A stretch of DNA of 64,000 nt. Source: Octopus vulgaris. Lineage: Eukaryota. The number at the start of each line of letters is the position of its first letter. Position 1 is the first letter of the stretch. The DNA lies in contig OX597821.1 in NCBI GenBank assembly GCA_951406725.2, positions 22,506,001 to 22,570,000 on the forward strand. The letters are read 5' to 3'. The notes under the pieces are model-generated. The model had not been told where the DNA came from and searched no databases. It saw only the letters and a program-made list of their open reading frames with translations. Shown piece after piece: positions 39,582-52,174 of the stretch. The position numbers were made by a program, and so were the translations under genes.

Positions 39582-41771
39582 TATCATTATTGAAGTGGTG
39601 AGCTGGCAAAATCATTGGCACACCAAGCAAAATGCTTAGTAGTATTTTGTACATCTTTACATTCTCAGTTCAAATTCTCCCAAGGTCACTTTTGCTTTTC
39701 ATCCTTTTGGGATTGATAAATTAAGTACCAGTGAAATACTGGGGTTGATGTAATCGACTTACCTCCTCCCCCAAAATTTCAGGCCTTGTGCCTGTAATAG
39801 AAATAATAATTATTATTATTACTATTATTAAGGCAGCAAGGTGGCAGAATCGTTAGCATGCTGGATGAAATGTTCGGCAGTGTTTTGCCTGTTGCTACAT
39901 TCTGAGTTAAGATTTTGCCACGGTCGACTTTGCCTTTGATCAATAAATTAAGTACCAGTGAACCACTGGGGTCAATGTAATCAACTTGTCCCTTCCCCCC
40001 AAGTATCAGGCCTTGTGTCTATAGTAGAAAGGCTTATTATTATCATTAAGACAGTGAGCTGTCAAGAATCATTAACATATCAGACAAGATACTGAGCAAC
40101 ATTTCTTCTGGCTTTATGTCCTGTGTGTTCAAATACCATCAAGCTCAACTTTGCCTTTCATCCTTTTGGGGGTCAGTAAAATAACTACCCGTTGGGTACT
40201 AAGTTGATGCAATCAGCTTAACCCGTCCTTCAAAGTTCTGACCTTGTACCACAAGCTGGCACAACCATTAGCACACCAGACAAAATGCTTATCAGTATTT
40301 TGTCTTGTCTTTACATTCTGAGTTCAATTTCTGCTGAGGTCAACTTTGCTTTTCATATTTTTGAGTGGGGGTCATTGTAATCAACTTATGCTGTCCCCTG
40401 AAATTGCTGGCCTTGTGCCAAAATTTGAAACTATTGTTAGGTGTGAGCTAGCAGAATTGTTACCACATTGGACAAAAGGCTTAGTGGCATTCTTTCCAAT
40501 CCTTTCCATTCTTGGTTCAGTTCCTGCTGAGGTCGAACTAGCAGACAAGTACTGATAGCCGAGGGGAGGGGGGGCGGTTAATGGCAGCAATTAATTCTCC
40601 ATCCTCTTCAAAACTGCTAGCCTTATGTCTGAATTTAAAAACAATTAGGAGTATGTGAGCTGTTCCCTCTTCATCAGTCCTAATGTTCCATATGAATGTT
40701 TGTGCCCTTGGTGATCAGGATGACCCTGGATCTGTGGGGTTCCTTGTTCGACCCCTGCTGGAGGCCCTTTTAGGTCTTCATCTTCCATCTATTTTTTATA
40801 CTTTTTCATCTCACTTCTCACCACCCATTTTGTTTTGTTCATCTGATGTTATGTAGACCCCTCCTTTAACTTGTAACCTGTTTTCCTAATACTCCCTCCT
40901 CCATCGGACACCCTTGTGACGAATGAAACTTAATAATCATCATCGTTAAGAGCAAGCAGGCTAAATCATTAGCAAGTTACACAAAACGCTTCGTGACATT
41001 TCTTTTGGTTCTTTAAGTTCTGAGTTTGTAATACCACCAAAGTCAACTTTGCTTTTCATCTTTTCAGAGTTGATAAAGTAGGTATCGTTTGAGCACAAGG
41101 GTCATATGTTTTTTTTTATGTCAAAATTTGAAGCTATTATGTTTCCTATAGTTCTTTAGTGCAGCAATGTTTTTGTGGGGGACTGAAGCATTGCGTTGGT
41201 GTGTGCTACATCAGTTCTTGCTTAGTTGTGCGATTTTGATTCGTTGTGTGAAGATGTGTATTGTGGAGTCTAGTGTCAGTTGGTGATTGTGTAGAACAGA
41301 TATCGTCAGCCACTGTGCCGTAGCACTTTTCTGGTAGTTGTGCTGAAAAAAGAAATTAACCATATTTCTTGGCATGCAAGTCAACTTAGTACATAATGTA
41401 AACATTCAAGAATCATCACTATCTTTCCATTCTGCATTTCACATGGAATTTTTGTTTCTCCAAAAGTTGTCTCCTTGGGGGCAGGGGCTGTAAATTCTGG
41501 TCTGAAAAATGCTAGAGAATATGGTAATGTTATCATAGTCATCATCATCATGATCATGTAAAACTTTTTGTCCGGAAACTACCCTCTTCTTTCTTTTTCT
41601 GCTGTAGAAGCCATGCCAAAACAGACATGGAGACCAGGCAGCTCTACAGCTAGTCAGCTCCTGTCAAACCGTCCAGCCCATGCCAGAATGGAAAATGGAC
41701 GTGTGATGGTGATGATGATGATGATGATTGTGTTGATTTTTGTATTCTAATATCTATTTGTTTGTCTACAG

Positions 41772-41891
41772 GTAACCAAAGACATAGTGAAACACATGAC
41801 CAACACTATAGAACAACAGTATGGTCTGGACACACGGACAAACTCTAATAATAAACTGGTTACTGATGCCTGGGATTCATTACAGAGGCAG
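41772..41891 (+). CDS. Tetraspanin exon (EC2 helices A/B)
   Basis: tttgtctacAG acceptor, CAG|GTAAGT donor, 120 nt, phase 0-0; VTKDIVKHMTNTIEQQYGLDTRTNSNNKLVTDAWDSLQRQ contains the WDxLQ motif that precedes CCG. Confidence 0.93.
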
Positions 41892-44556
41892 GTAAGTTGC
41901 GATGTGGTGTTTTACAGGTGTGCTGCTGTTGTGATGATGGTGTCTAGTATCAAGTCAGCCCTGACTGAGTGAAACCTATGATCAAAAGGTATTCCACACA
42001 TGACCATTCCATCCATTTTTTTTAACATAGATTAAGGTGATCCCCATTAGTGCTGGATTCATAAAATAAAAAATGCACCAAATACCCAATGGAGTGATTT
42101 GCAAGCAAAGAAAGATGTTGTGGCTTTGAGAAGACTCTCTGAGTCTTGTTGAGTATATGGCAATGTCTGTCTGGTGCTGCAGTCACAGTAAAATGCATCC
42201 AGGCACAGGCACGGCTGTGTGGTTAAGCAGTTCACTTCCCAACCACATATTTTTGGTTTCAGTCCCACTGCATGCACTTTGGGCAAGTGTTTAACACTGT
42301 AGCCTTAGGCCAACCAAAGACTTGTGAGTGGATTTGGTACATGGAAACTGTCACATAAATGCACGCACCACACACATATTTTTTTCATTTTGTTTACTCA
42401 TTTCAGTCATTTGACTGCTTAGACATTGACCCCAGAACTTATTCTTTGTAAGCCTAGTACTTATTCTATCAGTCACCTTTGCCGAACTGCTAAGTTACGG
42501 AGACATAAACACATCAGCATTGGTTGTCAAGTGATGGCAGGGGGGCAGATGCACACACTCATAAATACATACATATATATGTCGGGCTTATTTCAGTTTC
42601 CACATATCAAATCCATTTGCAAGGTTATGGTCAGCCCAAGTTTATAGTAGAAGACACTTGGCCAAGGTGCCACACAGTGGGACTGAACCCAGGACCATGA
42701 GGTTGGGAAGCAAGATTCTCACCATGTAATAATAATAATAAAATAATAATAATGAAATTATTGTATACAGTGCTCAGGTGCACCACAACTTGTCAGAAAG
42801 TGCATATAAAGTACATGCAGTAATGTAGAAATGTCTGGAAAGTGAACATGCTTGTGTGTGTATGGAGGGGAGAAAATCAAGTGTAGTGTTGGTGAATCTC
42901 AGGAAGCATGGAAGTCTTATATGTGTGTGTTTGTGTCTCCCTGTCTGGACATTATGTGATTGTTTTAAGCATACATCGCCATCATACAAACAGTGTCCTT
43001 TGTCTCCAATTTTACGTTAAAACATCTTCAGCAATAGGGAAATATTACCTTGCTTGGAAATAGGTGAGGTTTGATGATAGGAAGGGCATCTGGTCACAGG
43101 AAAATCTTCTTCAATGAATTCTATCCAAGCCCATGAAAGCAAGGAAAAGTGAACATTAAAACAATGGTGACACCTCTGTAAAATGGTTGGTGAGAGGAAA
43201 AGCATCCAGTTGTACAAACTACAAGAAAAATAGAAACATTTGAGTGAGACATCCTCGAAGGTTGCAACTCCAAATAAGTACTGGTATGTATTTTAATAAA
43301 CTGTCCAATCCGTGGCAGCATGGAAAGTGAATACAGGCACTTAATTATGTCAATGAATATCTAGGTCTACACTATCCAATGTGTCCCTTTCCTTTTAACC
43401 ATTTTGACACCATCTTGTCAAAACCAGCCAGATCCAGCCAAAATAAACTGGCTAGATCTGACCTCTTACAATCCTATAACGTTATTCTAAAATATTTATA
43501 CAATCACATTATCAAAATCTCTAAGCTATGAGATAATGCATGATTAATTCAAAGTGATGTGAATAAATGGGTACTATATTGGACAGAACTTGAATGCTAA
43601 AAGGTTAAAAGTGATCTAAATTGTAAAATTTTCATCAAAATTTTATGTTAAATTCGTGTTCTTAATACCGATTTAATAATGACAGTTGTTTTACTAAACC
43701 ATTCATTATTTTCCCTATCATTAATGGTTGTCCTTCCTGGGCTCGCTTCATCCTTTGTGCCCTACCATGTAATCTTACCTGACACCTGCTTCTCAGAAAA
43801 AATTGTAGGCTTGTTACTGGTTGTCCTGGCATTGGGTGGAGTCTGATCTCATTTGTGCCAAGCCTCTCAAACTGGTATTTGTATTTGACCAGGTGTTGCT
43901 TTTGATTGGACCCTATGGAAAAGGGGTACCTGAGTACTTTACCCCCACCCCCACCCCATGGTTCTCTAAGGAACATTGGCTCAAAAGATGAAGGAAAAAA
44001 TACTATTTTCAAAATTGATTGAAATACACATCAAGCTTAGCAAAACCATGGCCACCCATACATGCAGGTGCCAGTGCACATAAGATGCGCTCATGCCAGT
44101 TCCATGTAAAATGAAACTCGTGCCAGTACTACATAAACTGCACTGGTGCCGGTGCTGCATAGAGACACCCAGGACGGGATGTAAAGTGGCTGGCTTTAGG
44201 AAGGGCATCCAGCTGTAGAAACCATGCTAAAATAAAAAAAAACTGAGTCATTCACTCCCTCAGGCTGGCTGGCTGGCTCCTGTCAAACCGTCCAATCCAT
44301 GCCAGCATGGAAAACAAATATTAAAAGACAATGATGGTGATGACAATGACAACAACAAGCAGAGTATTTCAACAGAAACTTGGCGCAGGAGTGGCTGTGT
44401 GGTAAGTAGCTTGTTTACCAACCACATGGTTCCGGGTTCAGTCCCACTGCGTGGCACCTTGGGCAAGTGTCTTCTACTACAGCCTCGGGCCGACCAAAGC
44501 CTTGTGAGTGGATTTGGTAGACGGAAACTGAAAGAAGCCCGTCGTATATATGTATG

Positions 44557-44587
<31 letters not shown>

Positions 44588-45385
44588 GCGTGTGTCTGTG
44601 TTTGTCCCCCTAGCATTGCTTGACAACCGATGCTGGTGTGTTTATGTCCCCGTTACTCAGCGGTTCGGCAAAAGAGACCGATAGAATAAGTACTGGGCTT
44701 ACAAAAGAATAAGTCCTGGGGTCGATTTGTTCGATTAAAGGCGGTGCTCCAGCATGGCCACAGTCAAATGGCTGAAGCAAGTAAAAGAGTAAAAAAGAGT
44801 AACAAACAGGTTAAAGAAAGCACTGTGTGACTTGTGGAACATATGACTGCTACTACTGGTAAATCAAGTGGTTACATAGCAGTTTAATGGTTGATTCATG
44901 CCATTGTAGTGTTAGTATTGTGTGGTAGTGGTGGTACTCAGTGCAGTATATTATTTAGAAATGATTATAGTGACAGATGAATGATTGTTGCTATGTGGTG
45001 AGGCTGGTGTGACATGGGGGATGAATGGTGTCTCTCTCTGATGTCATAAACATGTTATTTTATCGGAAAGGTCATTTGGAAAATATCAAAAACTTTGGGA
45101 AGAAAGAAAGAAAAGAAAAAAAAAATCTACCTTGTTTACCTTATGTAAGCAGGCAAGTTAGGTGAGGTTGATGGTTGGTCATGTTGTTTGAGAAAATAAG
45201 ACATAACAAAACTGTAATAGAATGATAAAGTGTGTTTGTGTCTGATGGTGGAGAGTATTTTACAACAATGGCTGTCAAAATATGTTTTAACAGACCACAC
45301 TATATATATATATATATATATAACATGTATACATTTAGCTGTATGTATAGATATATGTGCTTCTAGCTCTGTGTGTGTATGTATG

Positions 45386-45426
<41 letters not shown>

Positions 45427-45427
45427 G

Positions 45428-45463
<36 letters not shown>

Positions 45464-45578
45464 CATATATATATAAATAAATGTATGTCTCTAGCTGTCT
45501 GTGTGTGTATACATATAACATGCATGCATCTAGCTGTCTAGATGTCTGTATATATATATATATATATATATATACATA

Positions 45579-46712
45579 CAGGGTGCATAAGATATTTGAG
45601 GACAGATTTATGTTTATAAAAAAAAAACATACATAATAACATTATTTATCAAAATATGCTATGAGGATAAAAATAAACCTTCTTTTCTAGAATGTTATTC
45701 AATAAAGCCACCTTCAGTTTCAGCAACTGCTTCTGTATGAGATCTAAATCATCTACATGCTCGAATCAAGTGGTCCTGGTTCATTTTGGACATTACTCTG
45801 ACTATGGCAGCTTTCAAAGAATCTTTGGTGTTATGGGCGTATTCATTGAGCTCTCTTTCAACAATGCTTCATGTGTAATAGTCCAATGGATTGAGATCTC
45901 AGGAATTAGGAGACCAAATGTTAGGGATTATGTGATCATGAAAATGTTCAACCATCCATTCCTGTGTTACTACAGCCATGTGTGATAGTGCACTCTTACT
46001 GAAACACATATGACCTTCCATTGCATACACTGTCTATCCAGAGCTTAACAATTATTTCCAGAACCTCAATGTAGACGGCAGAGTTAACTCTAAGGCCTTG
46101 TGGAAAGACTGACTACCACCACCACCACACAATACTAACACTACATTACTCACAACCCCTAAAACCATGACAGTTGCAGGAAATTTTGTATGCATAACAC
46201 TTGGAACTTCAGAGGGTCTGAACATAAACATCTCTCATTTCTTCTGTTCACTTTTTGATCTTGGTCGAAGTTTTTCTCATTTGAGAAAAACCAAATCAAA
46301 TCTTCTGCTGGATTTTTCAGTTTGTTTAAGAGCTTTTAGATTTGATGCAGTGATTTTCTTTTGCTTTGTCTGACAAATTGACCTTTCCTCATCACATAAG
46401 ACTTATATCTGATGTCTTCGTGGACAGTATTTCTGACTGTTCCCTCTGACACATGGAGATCTTTTGCAATTGACCTTATGAACTTTCTGAGGATGTAATC
46501 ATTGGTCTGTTGAACTTGATGGATAAATTCAGGTGTTCTGATGATTTCAGAATGCTTTTGATTACTTTGATACTGGTGATATGTTTCCATCTTCAGTCTC
46601 TAGCTCCTTACAAACTTTGTAGATGAAAGATCTGGCAACTTTTAAAACTCAAGATATGCACAGTCTTTATAACCACAATAACAGCATGCCTCTTCATTAG
46701 GGTCTGCCATTA
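45579..46712 (-). pseudogene. Degraded maT/DD37D-like Tc1-mariner transposon
   Basis: TA|CAGGGTGCATAAG terminus at 45579. Minus-strand frames give RSIAKDLHVSEGTVRNTVHEDIRYKSY (HTH region) and WSPNS*DLNPLDYY...EGGFIE*; SPDLNPLDY is typical of DD37D elements. Exact D-D spacing cannot be counted in this degraded copy. Confidence 0.75.
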
Positions 46713-46723
46713 TATGTGTGTAA

Positions 46724-46777
<54 letters not shown>

Positions 46778-46790
46778 GTGTATATATATA

Positions 46791-46941
46791 TAAGTGTGTG
46801 TATATATATATAAGTGTGTGTGTGTGTATATATATATAAGTGTGTGTGTGTGTATATATATATAAGTGTGTGTGTGTGTATATATATATAAGTGTGTGTG
46901 TGTGTATATATATATAAGTGGGTGTGTGTATATATATATAT
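46791..46941. repeat. Higher-order microsatellite repeat TAAG(TG)n(TA)n, six units
   Basis: Direct reading; unit about 26 bp. Confidence 0.85.
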
Positions 46942-47008
46942 CGTCCAACCCATGCTAGCATGGAGAACAGACGTTAAACGATGATGATGATGATATATAA
47001 AAGTACAA

Positions 47009-47453
47009 AGTGAGATAGGGGTTATGAGTGTAACTCACTATGGAATATCATTTATCCAATATACTGCCAGTAAAGTACCCAGGAGGCTAATACATAAATG
47101 CTTAGAATTGCAATGCAATTAATTCATTTATTGTATTAGATGGGCGAAGGTAAAATGTTTTACCTCAAATTCATAATACAAAATAAGAAAATGGAGGAAT
47201 AGATTTCTTTCAATCATCAACTTCCAGATAATGCCAATTCATATAATTTATTAACTAGTTATTTAGATTAAATCGGAACATCCTAATCCAATGGGATAAG
47301 ACAGAATAAAACAATCTACATCAGTAAGATAATACCATAAGAATAATACATATAAAATGGATCTTACAGCTGTTTCAGCCTGTAGATAAGAGTATCTCAT
47401 TATGCCCATATTAGTCAGATGTATTGAGGTAATATGCAGTTAAAAATGAGTTA

Positions 47454-47498
<45 letters not shown>

Positions 47499-47517
47499 AG
47501 GCCTCGTCAGAGATTAT
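47009..47517 (-). mobile_element. Penelope-like element remnant carrying the 47361-47514 hammerhead
   Basis: AT-rich non-coding segment with a hammerhead motif, bracketed by a short direct repeat AAAGTACAA (47000-47008, 47518-47526). Confidence 0.5.
47361..47514 (-). ncRNA. Type-I hammerhead ribozyme motif with intact core and expanded loop II
   Basis: Minus strand reads AUCU-CUGACGA-GGCCU...(about 110 nt including (TA)n)...AGGCU-GAAA-C AGCU G-UA^-AGAU. Confidence 0.75.
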
Positions 47518-47901
47518 AAAGTACAATTATAAAGATATAAAATGAAGATACAAAATGCAAATATGGCAACGATCACGCTCGGATGGTGCTCTTAGCGCTC
47601 CACTGGCATGGGTGCCAGTCCTTGAATTTGATTCGATTTCAATTTCACGTGCCTCAACAGGTCTTCGCAAGCAGAGTTTAGTGTCTAATGAAGAAAAGGT
47701 ATGCATAAGTGGGCTGGTTACACCCCTGGCACAGGCCACAGGTTACGGTCTCACTTGGCTTGCCAGATCTTCTCACACACTGCATATGTGTATGTATATA
47801 TATATGTGTGTGTGTACGTATGTATACACACATATATATGTATGTATGTATATATGTATGTATATATATGTGTATATATATAGATAGATAGATAGATATA
47901 G

Positions 47902-47935
<34 letters not shown>

Positions 47936-48358
47936 GTGTATATATATATATGTGTGTGTGTGTATGTGTGATTGACATGCTTATTGTCCAGAAGTTTGCT
48001 TTGCAACTACATGGTTTCTGGTTCTGTCCCACTATGTGGTTCCTTGGGAGTAAATTTGGTGGGCAGAGATTTGTAGAGCTCATCATGTATGAGTATGTGC
48101 CTTTGTGCTTGTTTCTCTCCACCTCTGACAACCGGCATTTGTTTGTTTATGTCCCCATTACCTAGAAGTTTGGCAACAGAGACCAATAGAATAAGTTTTG
48201 TGGGGGGTGATTAGTAAAACTGAACCCTTCAAAGCAGTGTTGCAACATGGTTACACAGTGCAACAAATAAAAGGTAGGTGACTAGGTCGTGTGTTAGAAG
48301 CTGGAATTGGACATATGGCAGCTAATAGAACCTGATTTCTTTGTTCTCTGTTGTACAG

Positions 48359-48452
48359 CTGCAGTGTTGTGGAATCAAAGGGGGTGAAAATAGTTCCTTC
48401 TCGTGGAGTGTGTATAAACTACGAAGTGAATGGTACCGCCGCAATCCAGAGC
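48359..48452 (+). CDS. Tetraspanin exon (CCG motif)
   Basis: ttgtacAG acceptor, C|GTAAGT donor, 94 nt, phase 0-1; LQCCGIKGGENSSFSWSVYKLRSEWYRRNPE, with CCG and an N-S-S glycosylation sequon. Confidence 0.95.
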
Positions 48453-48743
48453 GTAAGTATCACCGGTTCTTTCTCTCCCTCTCGGCTGCCACTTTTGTTT
48501 TCATAATCTTCCTCTCCATCCTCCCCCTATCTCTCTCTCACACACACACTTTGTATTCCTTTCTTATTACCATTATCTCATACCTCAAACTTCTTTTCTT
48601 GACCCTCTGCTCCCTTTTCCCAGACTATTACATTGTGTTTCATACATAACTTGGGCTCCCCTCTAACTATGTGATACCTTCTCTCACTTTTTAAGCTGGA
48701 GCTGACATAGACCTGGGATTAAATTCCCTTTTCATTCTTTCAG

Positions 48744-48886
48744 AATCTCCATACGTGCCAAGAAGTTGTTGTAAAAAAGATTCAAATGAGAAACGGTGTA
48801 CTGGTGAAATCCGAATGAGGGCACCACCTGCACTAGGACCACCCATAGGCAAAAATGACCAACGAAATGATGACTTAAATACCGAA
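48744..48886 (+). CDS. Tetraspanin exon (PxSCC variable region of EC2)
   Basis: ttctttcAG acceptor, GAA|GTATAT donor (weak), 143 nt, phase 1-0; (Q)SPYVPRSCCKKDSNEKRCTGEIRMRAPPALGPPIGKNDQRNDDLNTE. Joining the next exon gives the canonical EGC. Confidence 0.92.
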
Positions 48887-50427
48887 GTATATCAACCTTT
48901 TATTTTTTATCCTACTCTTTTCTTTTTATTTTTCAAAGTTGCAATATTATTTGGAAGTACATATTTCATACATTGACCATTACCCTTTTGATGCCAACCT
49001 GCCTGAAATTATCTTTGATTGTTTGGTGCAATCTTCATGTTTGAAAATGATTTAATATAAAACCTTTCATCAAAATATCATCTTGGTTTAGATTCCAAAC
49101 ACCAGCTTAAATGAGTTACTGTAATAAATTCGTCGTTATTTTCAAAATTAATTGTAATAAAAAGCACCTACCACACCCTGTAAAGGGGTTGGCGTTAGGA
49201 AGGGCATCCAGCCATAGAAACCAAGCCAATTTAGACTGGAATCTGGTGCAGCTCTCCTGCTTACCAGCTTTGGTCAAACCATTCAACCCATGCCAGTATG
49301 GAAAACAGACATTAAAGAATGGTGATGAAAGATGATGTATTTCAACAGAAATAGTATAACAAAAGGATTAAAATATTGTTGTGTTGCTGTATTATCCCTG
49401 TTCATCCCTCAATGTTGATGTGTTGCTGGCTACTCTTAGATGTTGGTGCATCCCTAGTCATCCCTGGGTGGGGAACAGACCTATGACATCTAGATGCCAT
49501 CCACAGATTCAGTGCTCCAGATATACATTCATGCATTCACCTAATCACTTGTAGAATCTGAATGTTGCCACAGCAAGCAGTAACACACACACACACACAC
49601 AGGCGTGCCCGTGTGTATAGAAGGTGAGCTATGTGGCATAGGCCTTAACCCTTTTATCATTCAGATTATTCTGTCAAATATGTTTGTAAAGAATAAGAGT
49701 GAAGACCCCCTTCAGTCATGGATGACCATGGGATTGCACCTAGAAAGTTACCCTCCGAGGCACAAGTCCAGACAATGTTGTTTATGAAAGACCAACAGCT
49801 GTCCCATGCATGCCAGCCTTCCCCTCTCCACTCCACTGATGTTATCCAAGGGAAAGGCAAAGGGGCCGATACAGCTTGGCACCAGTGACATCGCAACATG
49901 TTTCAACAGCTGAGTGAACTGGAGCAATGTGAAATAAAGTGTCTTGCTCAAGAACACAACACACAGCCTGGTCCAGGATTTGAACTCACAACCTCATCAT
50001 GATTGTGAGCTTGATGTTCTAACCATTCAGCCATGCACGTTCACATGCCGTAATGCTTGTTTATTCACATTGTTTTGAATTAACTATTCATTATCTCGTA
50101 GCTTTAAAATTACAATGATTTGATTGTTTATTTTTAGAATGACATTGTAGGATAGGTGTGAGAAGCTGAATGTGTCTCATTTGATCATAAAACAGGTAGA
50201 ATATTTAGAGGCTGATAGGAACAGTTTGAAAGCTAAAAATCTCATCAAATCAAATATCTACCTGCAACAACCTTATTGCTGAAACTAAAAATGTTGACAC
50301 AAACTTTTATTTATTTTAATGTTATTTAATTTTATTATTTTCTCCTTTTTTCTTCCTTCTTTCCATTTTAACATAAAACAACCAATAAGCTTGTATTTAA
50401 TTGATATTTAAATGTGTCTACTTTCAG

Positions 50428-50511
50428 GGTTGCCTGGACAAAATACGGGAACACTTGATCAAAAGGGCTATAATTCTTGGTTTAGTTGCTGGCTCTATTC
50501 CAATATTATTA
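50428..50511 (+). CDS. Tetraspanin exon (GC motif and first part of TM4)
   Basis: ctttcAG acceptor, TTA|GTAAGT donor, 84 nt, phase 0-0; GCLDKIREHLIKRAIILGLVAGSIPILL. Confidence 0.93.
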
Positions 50512-50869
50512 GTAAGTACAATCTACCAACTCACTGAATTAATGTTGAAAACCTTGCAAACTCCAGTTGCAAAAGTCTTTGCTGATAGAATAAGTTAACT
50601 CCCTTTATTTTGTTATTTTGCAAACCACAGTTAGGTGCAATGCTGGTAGGATAAGCTAACTCCCTTTACTTTCTTATTTTAGCCTTTAGATGTTTATTAC
50701 AGATGACAGCTATATGTCATGTTGAAAGTAAGCCACGCTGTGCTACCTATATGCAGCTCTTGAGTAGTGGCCAGGATGAAAAACAAGGTGAAGAGTGAGT
50801 GACTAGGCATCTTAGTTTTATTATGTATTGTGGTAAAATGCTTTATTGTTTTGTAGGATCTCTCCTGGC

Positions 50870-51230
50870 TTAAAGCACACCTCTGACATAGCTGGGACTG
50901 CATAGACTTTCTCTTCTGAGCCTGAAGATCTATCAGGCCACATCCACTCTTAACGAATAACAAAGCACCGATGAGATCCACAATGGAGTATTGCTCTCAC
51001 ATCTGGGACAGTGCTGCACGCTCAAATATCCAAAACTGCATCTAAAAAATGGGACACCCGAATGATTGCCATAAGGCCATTCATAGATCTACAACAACCT
51101 CTGGCATCACAAATCTGCTGTCTCCTCTCTCTCTCTCTCTCTCTCTCTGTATTTTCTACAGCTACAATAATGACCTCTGCTCCCTGGAATGTGTTGGTGG
51201 TATGTTCCCTTGTCTTCACATGGCATGGGA
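50870..51230 (+). mobile_element. Highly degraded CR1/L2-like LINE fragment
   Basis: Reads RSTMEYCSHIWDSAA, resembling the RPxLEYCSxxW motif downstream of CR1/L2 reverse transcriptase. Confidence 0.5.
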
Positions 51231-51402
51231 ATTGAAAACACGTGTGCAGACGTGACTGTGTGGTAAGAAGCTTGCTTCCCAACCACATGGTTCTGGGTTC
51301 AGTCCCACTGTGTGGTGCCTTGAGCAAGTGTCTTCTACAGCCTTGGGCCAACCAAAGCTTTGTGAGTGGATTAGGTGGAGAGAAACTGAAAGAAGCCCAC
51401 CT

Positions 51403-51442
<40 letters not shown>

Positions 51443-51445
<3 letters not shown>

Positions 51446-51920
51446 GGGCTGGACAAAATAATGGAAACACCTTAAATTTCAAACAAATTTATTTTAATAT
51501 TGGATTGGACCGTCTTTGGCAATAATTACAGCTTGAATTCTCTGAGGCATGGGCTTGAACAAAGTTTGAATTGTTTCCAAAGGAATTTTTGTCCATTTTT
51601 CAGCTAAAACAGTCTCCAGTTCTTTTAGTGATGATGGTGGAGGATATTGACTCCTTATGTGCTTTTCTAAAATGCACCATAAATGTTCAACAATATTGAG
51701 ATCTGGGGACTGTAGTGAGCAGATAAGATGTTCAACTTCACTAGAATGTTCTTCGTGCCATTCAGTAACAACTTTAGCTGTGTGAATTGGTGCATTATCA
51801 TCCGGAAAGATTGCGTTTCCCTCCGGAAACAGTTCTGCAACCATAGGATGAATTTGAGCAGATAAAATGCTTAAATAGTCTCGACTATTAATTCTACCAT
51901 GAAGGGAAACCATTGGGCCG
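51443..51920 (-). mobile_element. Tc1-family DD36E (Incomer-type) transposon, 3' fragment
   Basis: TA|CAGGGGCTGGACAAAATAATGGAAACACCT terminus inside a (TA)n tract. ORF 51494-51949 has DDNAPIH...SPDLNIVEHLW with 36 residues between the second catalytic D and the E. Confidence 0.85.
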
Positions 51921-52096
51921 GCGGTTTTAACCTCATATATAGTAAGCACTAGGGATTTTGGGGGAAAAATGCGGATTATACTCGAGGATTTACGGTACTT
52001 TCTTGTCTGTATGATGTGATAGATAGATAGATAGATTTAAAGATTGGAATAAAACTAATTAACAACCTGTGTTTTCTTTTTACCTTTTCATTTTAG

Positions 52097-52174
52097 GCCG
52101 TTGGTATTTTGGTGTCCTGTTGTTTGTGTTTCCGAGTTCGGCAAAATTCAGAAGAGGATGAGATTGATCTATAA
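52097..52174 (+). CDS. Tetraspanin last coding exon (end of TM4, cytoplasmic tail, stop)
   Basis: ttttcattttAG acceptor; AVGILVSCCLCFRVRQNSEEDEIDL then TAA, followed by TAG TAG. Juxtamembrane cysteines typical of palmitoylated tetraspanins. Too short to appear in the ORF track. Confidence 0.9.
   Translation, partial: AVGILVSCCLCFRVRQNSEEDEIDL

Noticed and set aside
48887-48900. Donor GTATATCAACCTTT as a possible U12-type intron
   Set aside because: Does not match the strict RTATCCTT U12 consensus; treated as a weak U2 donor.
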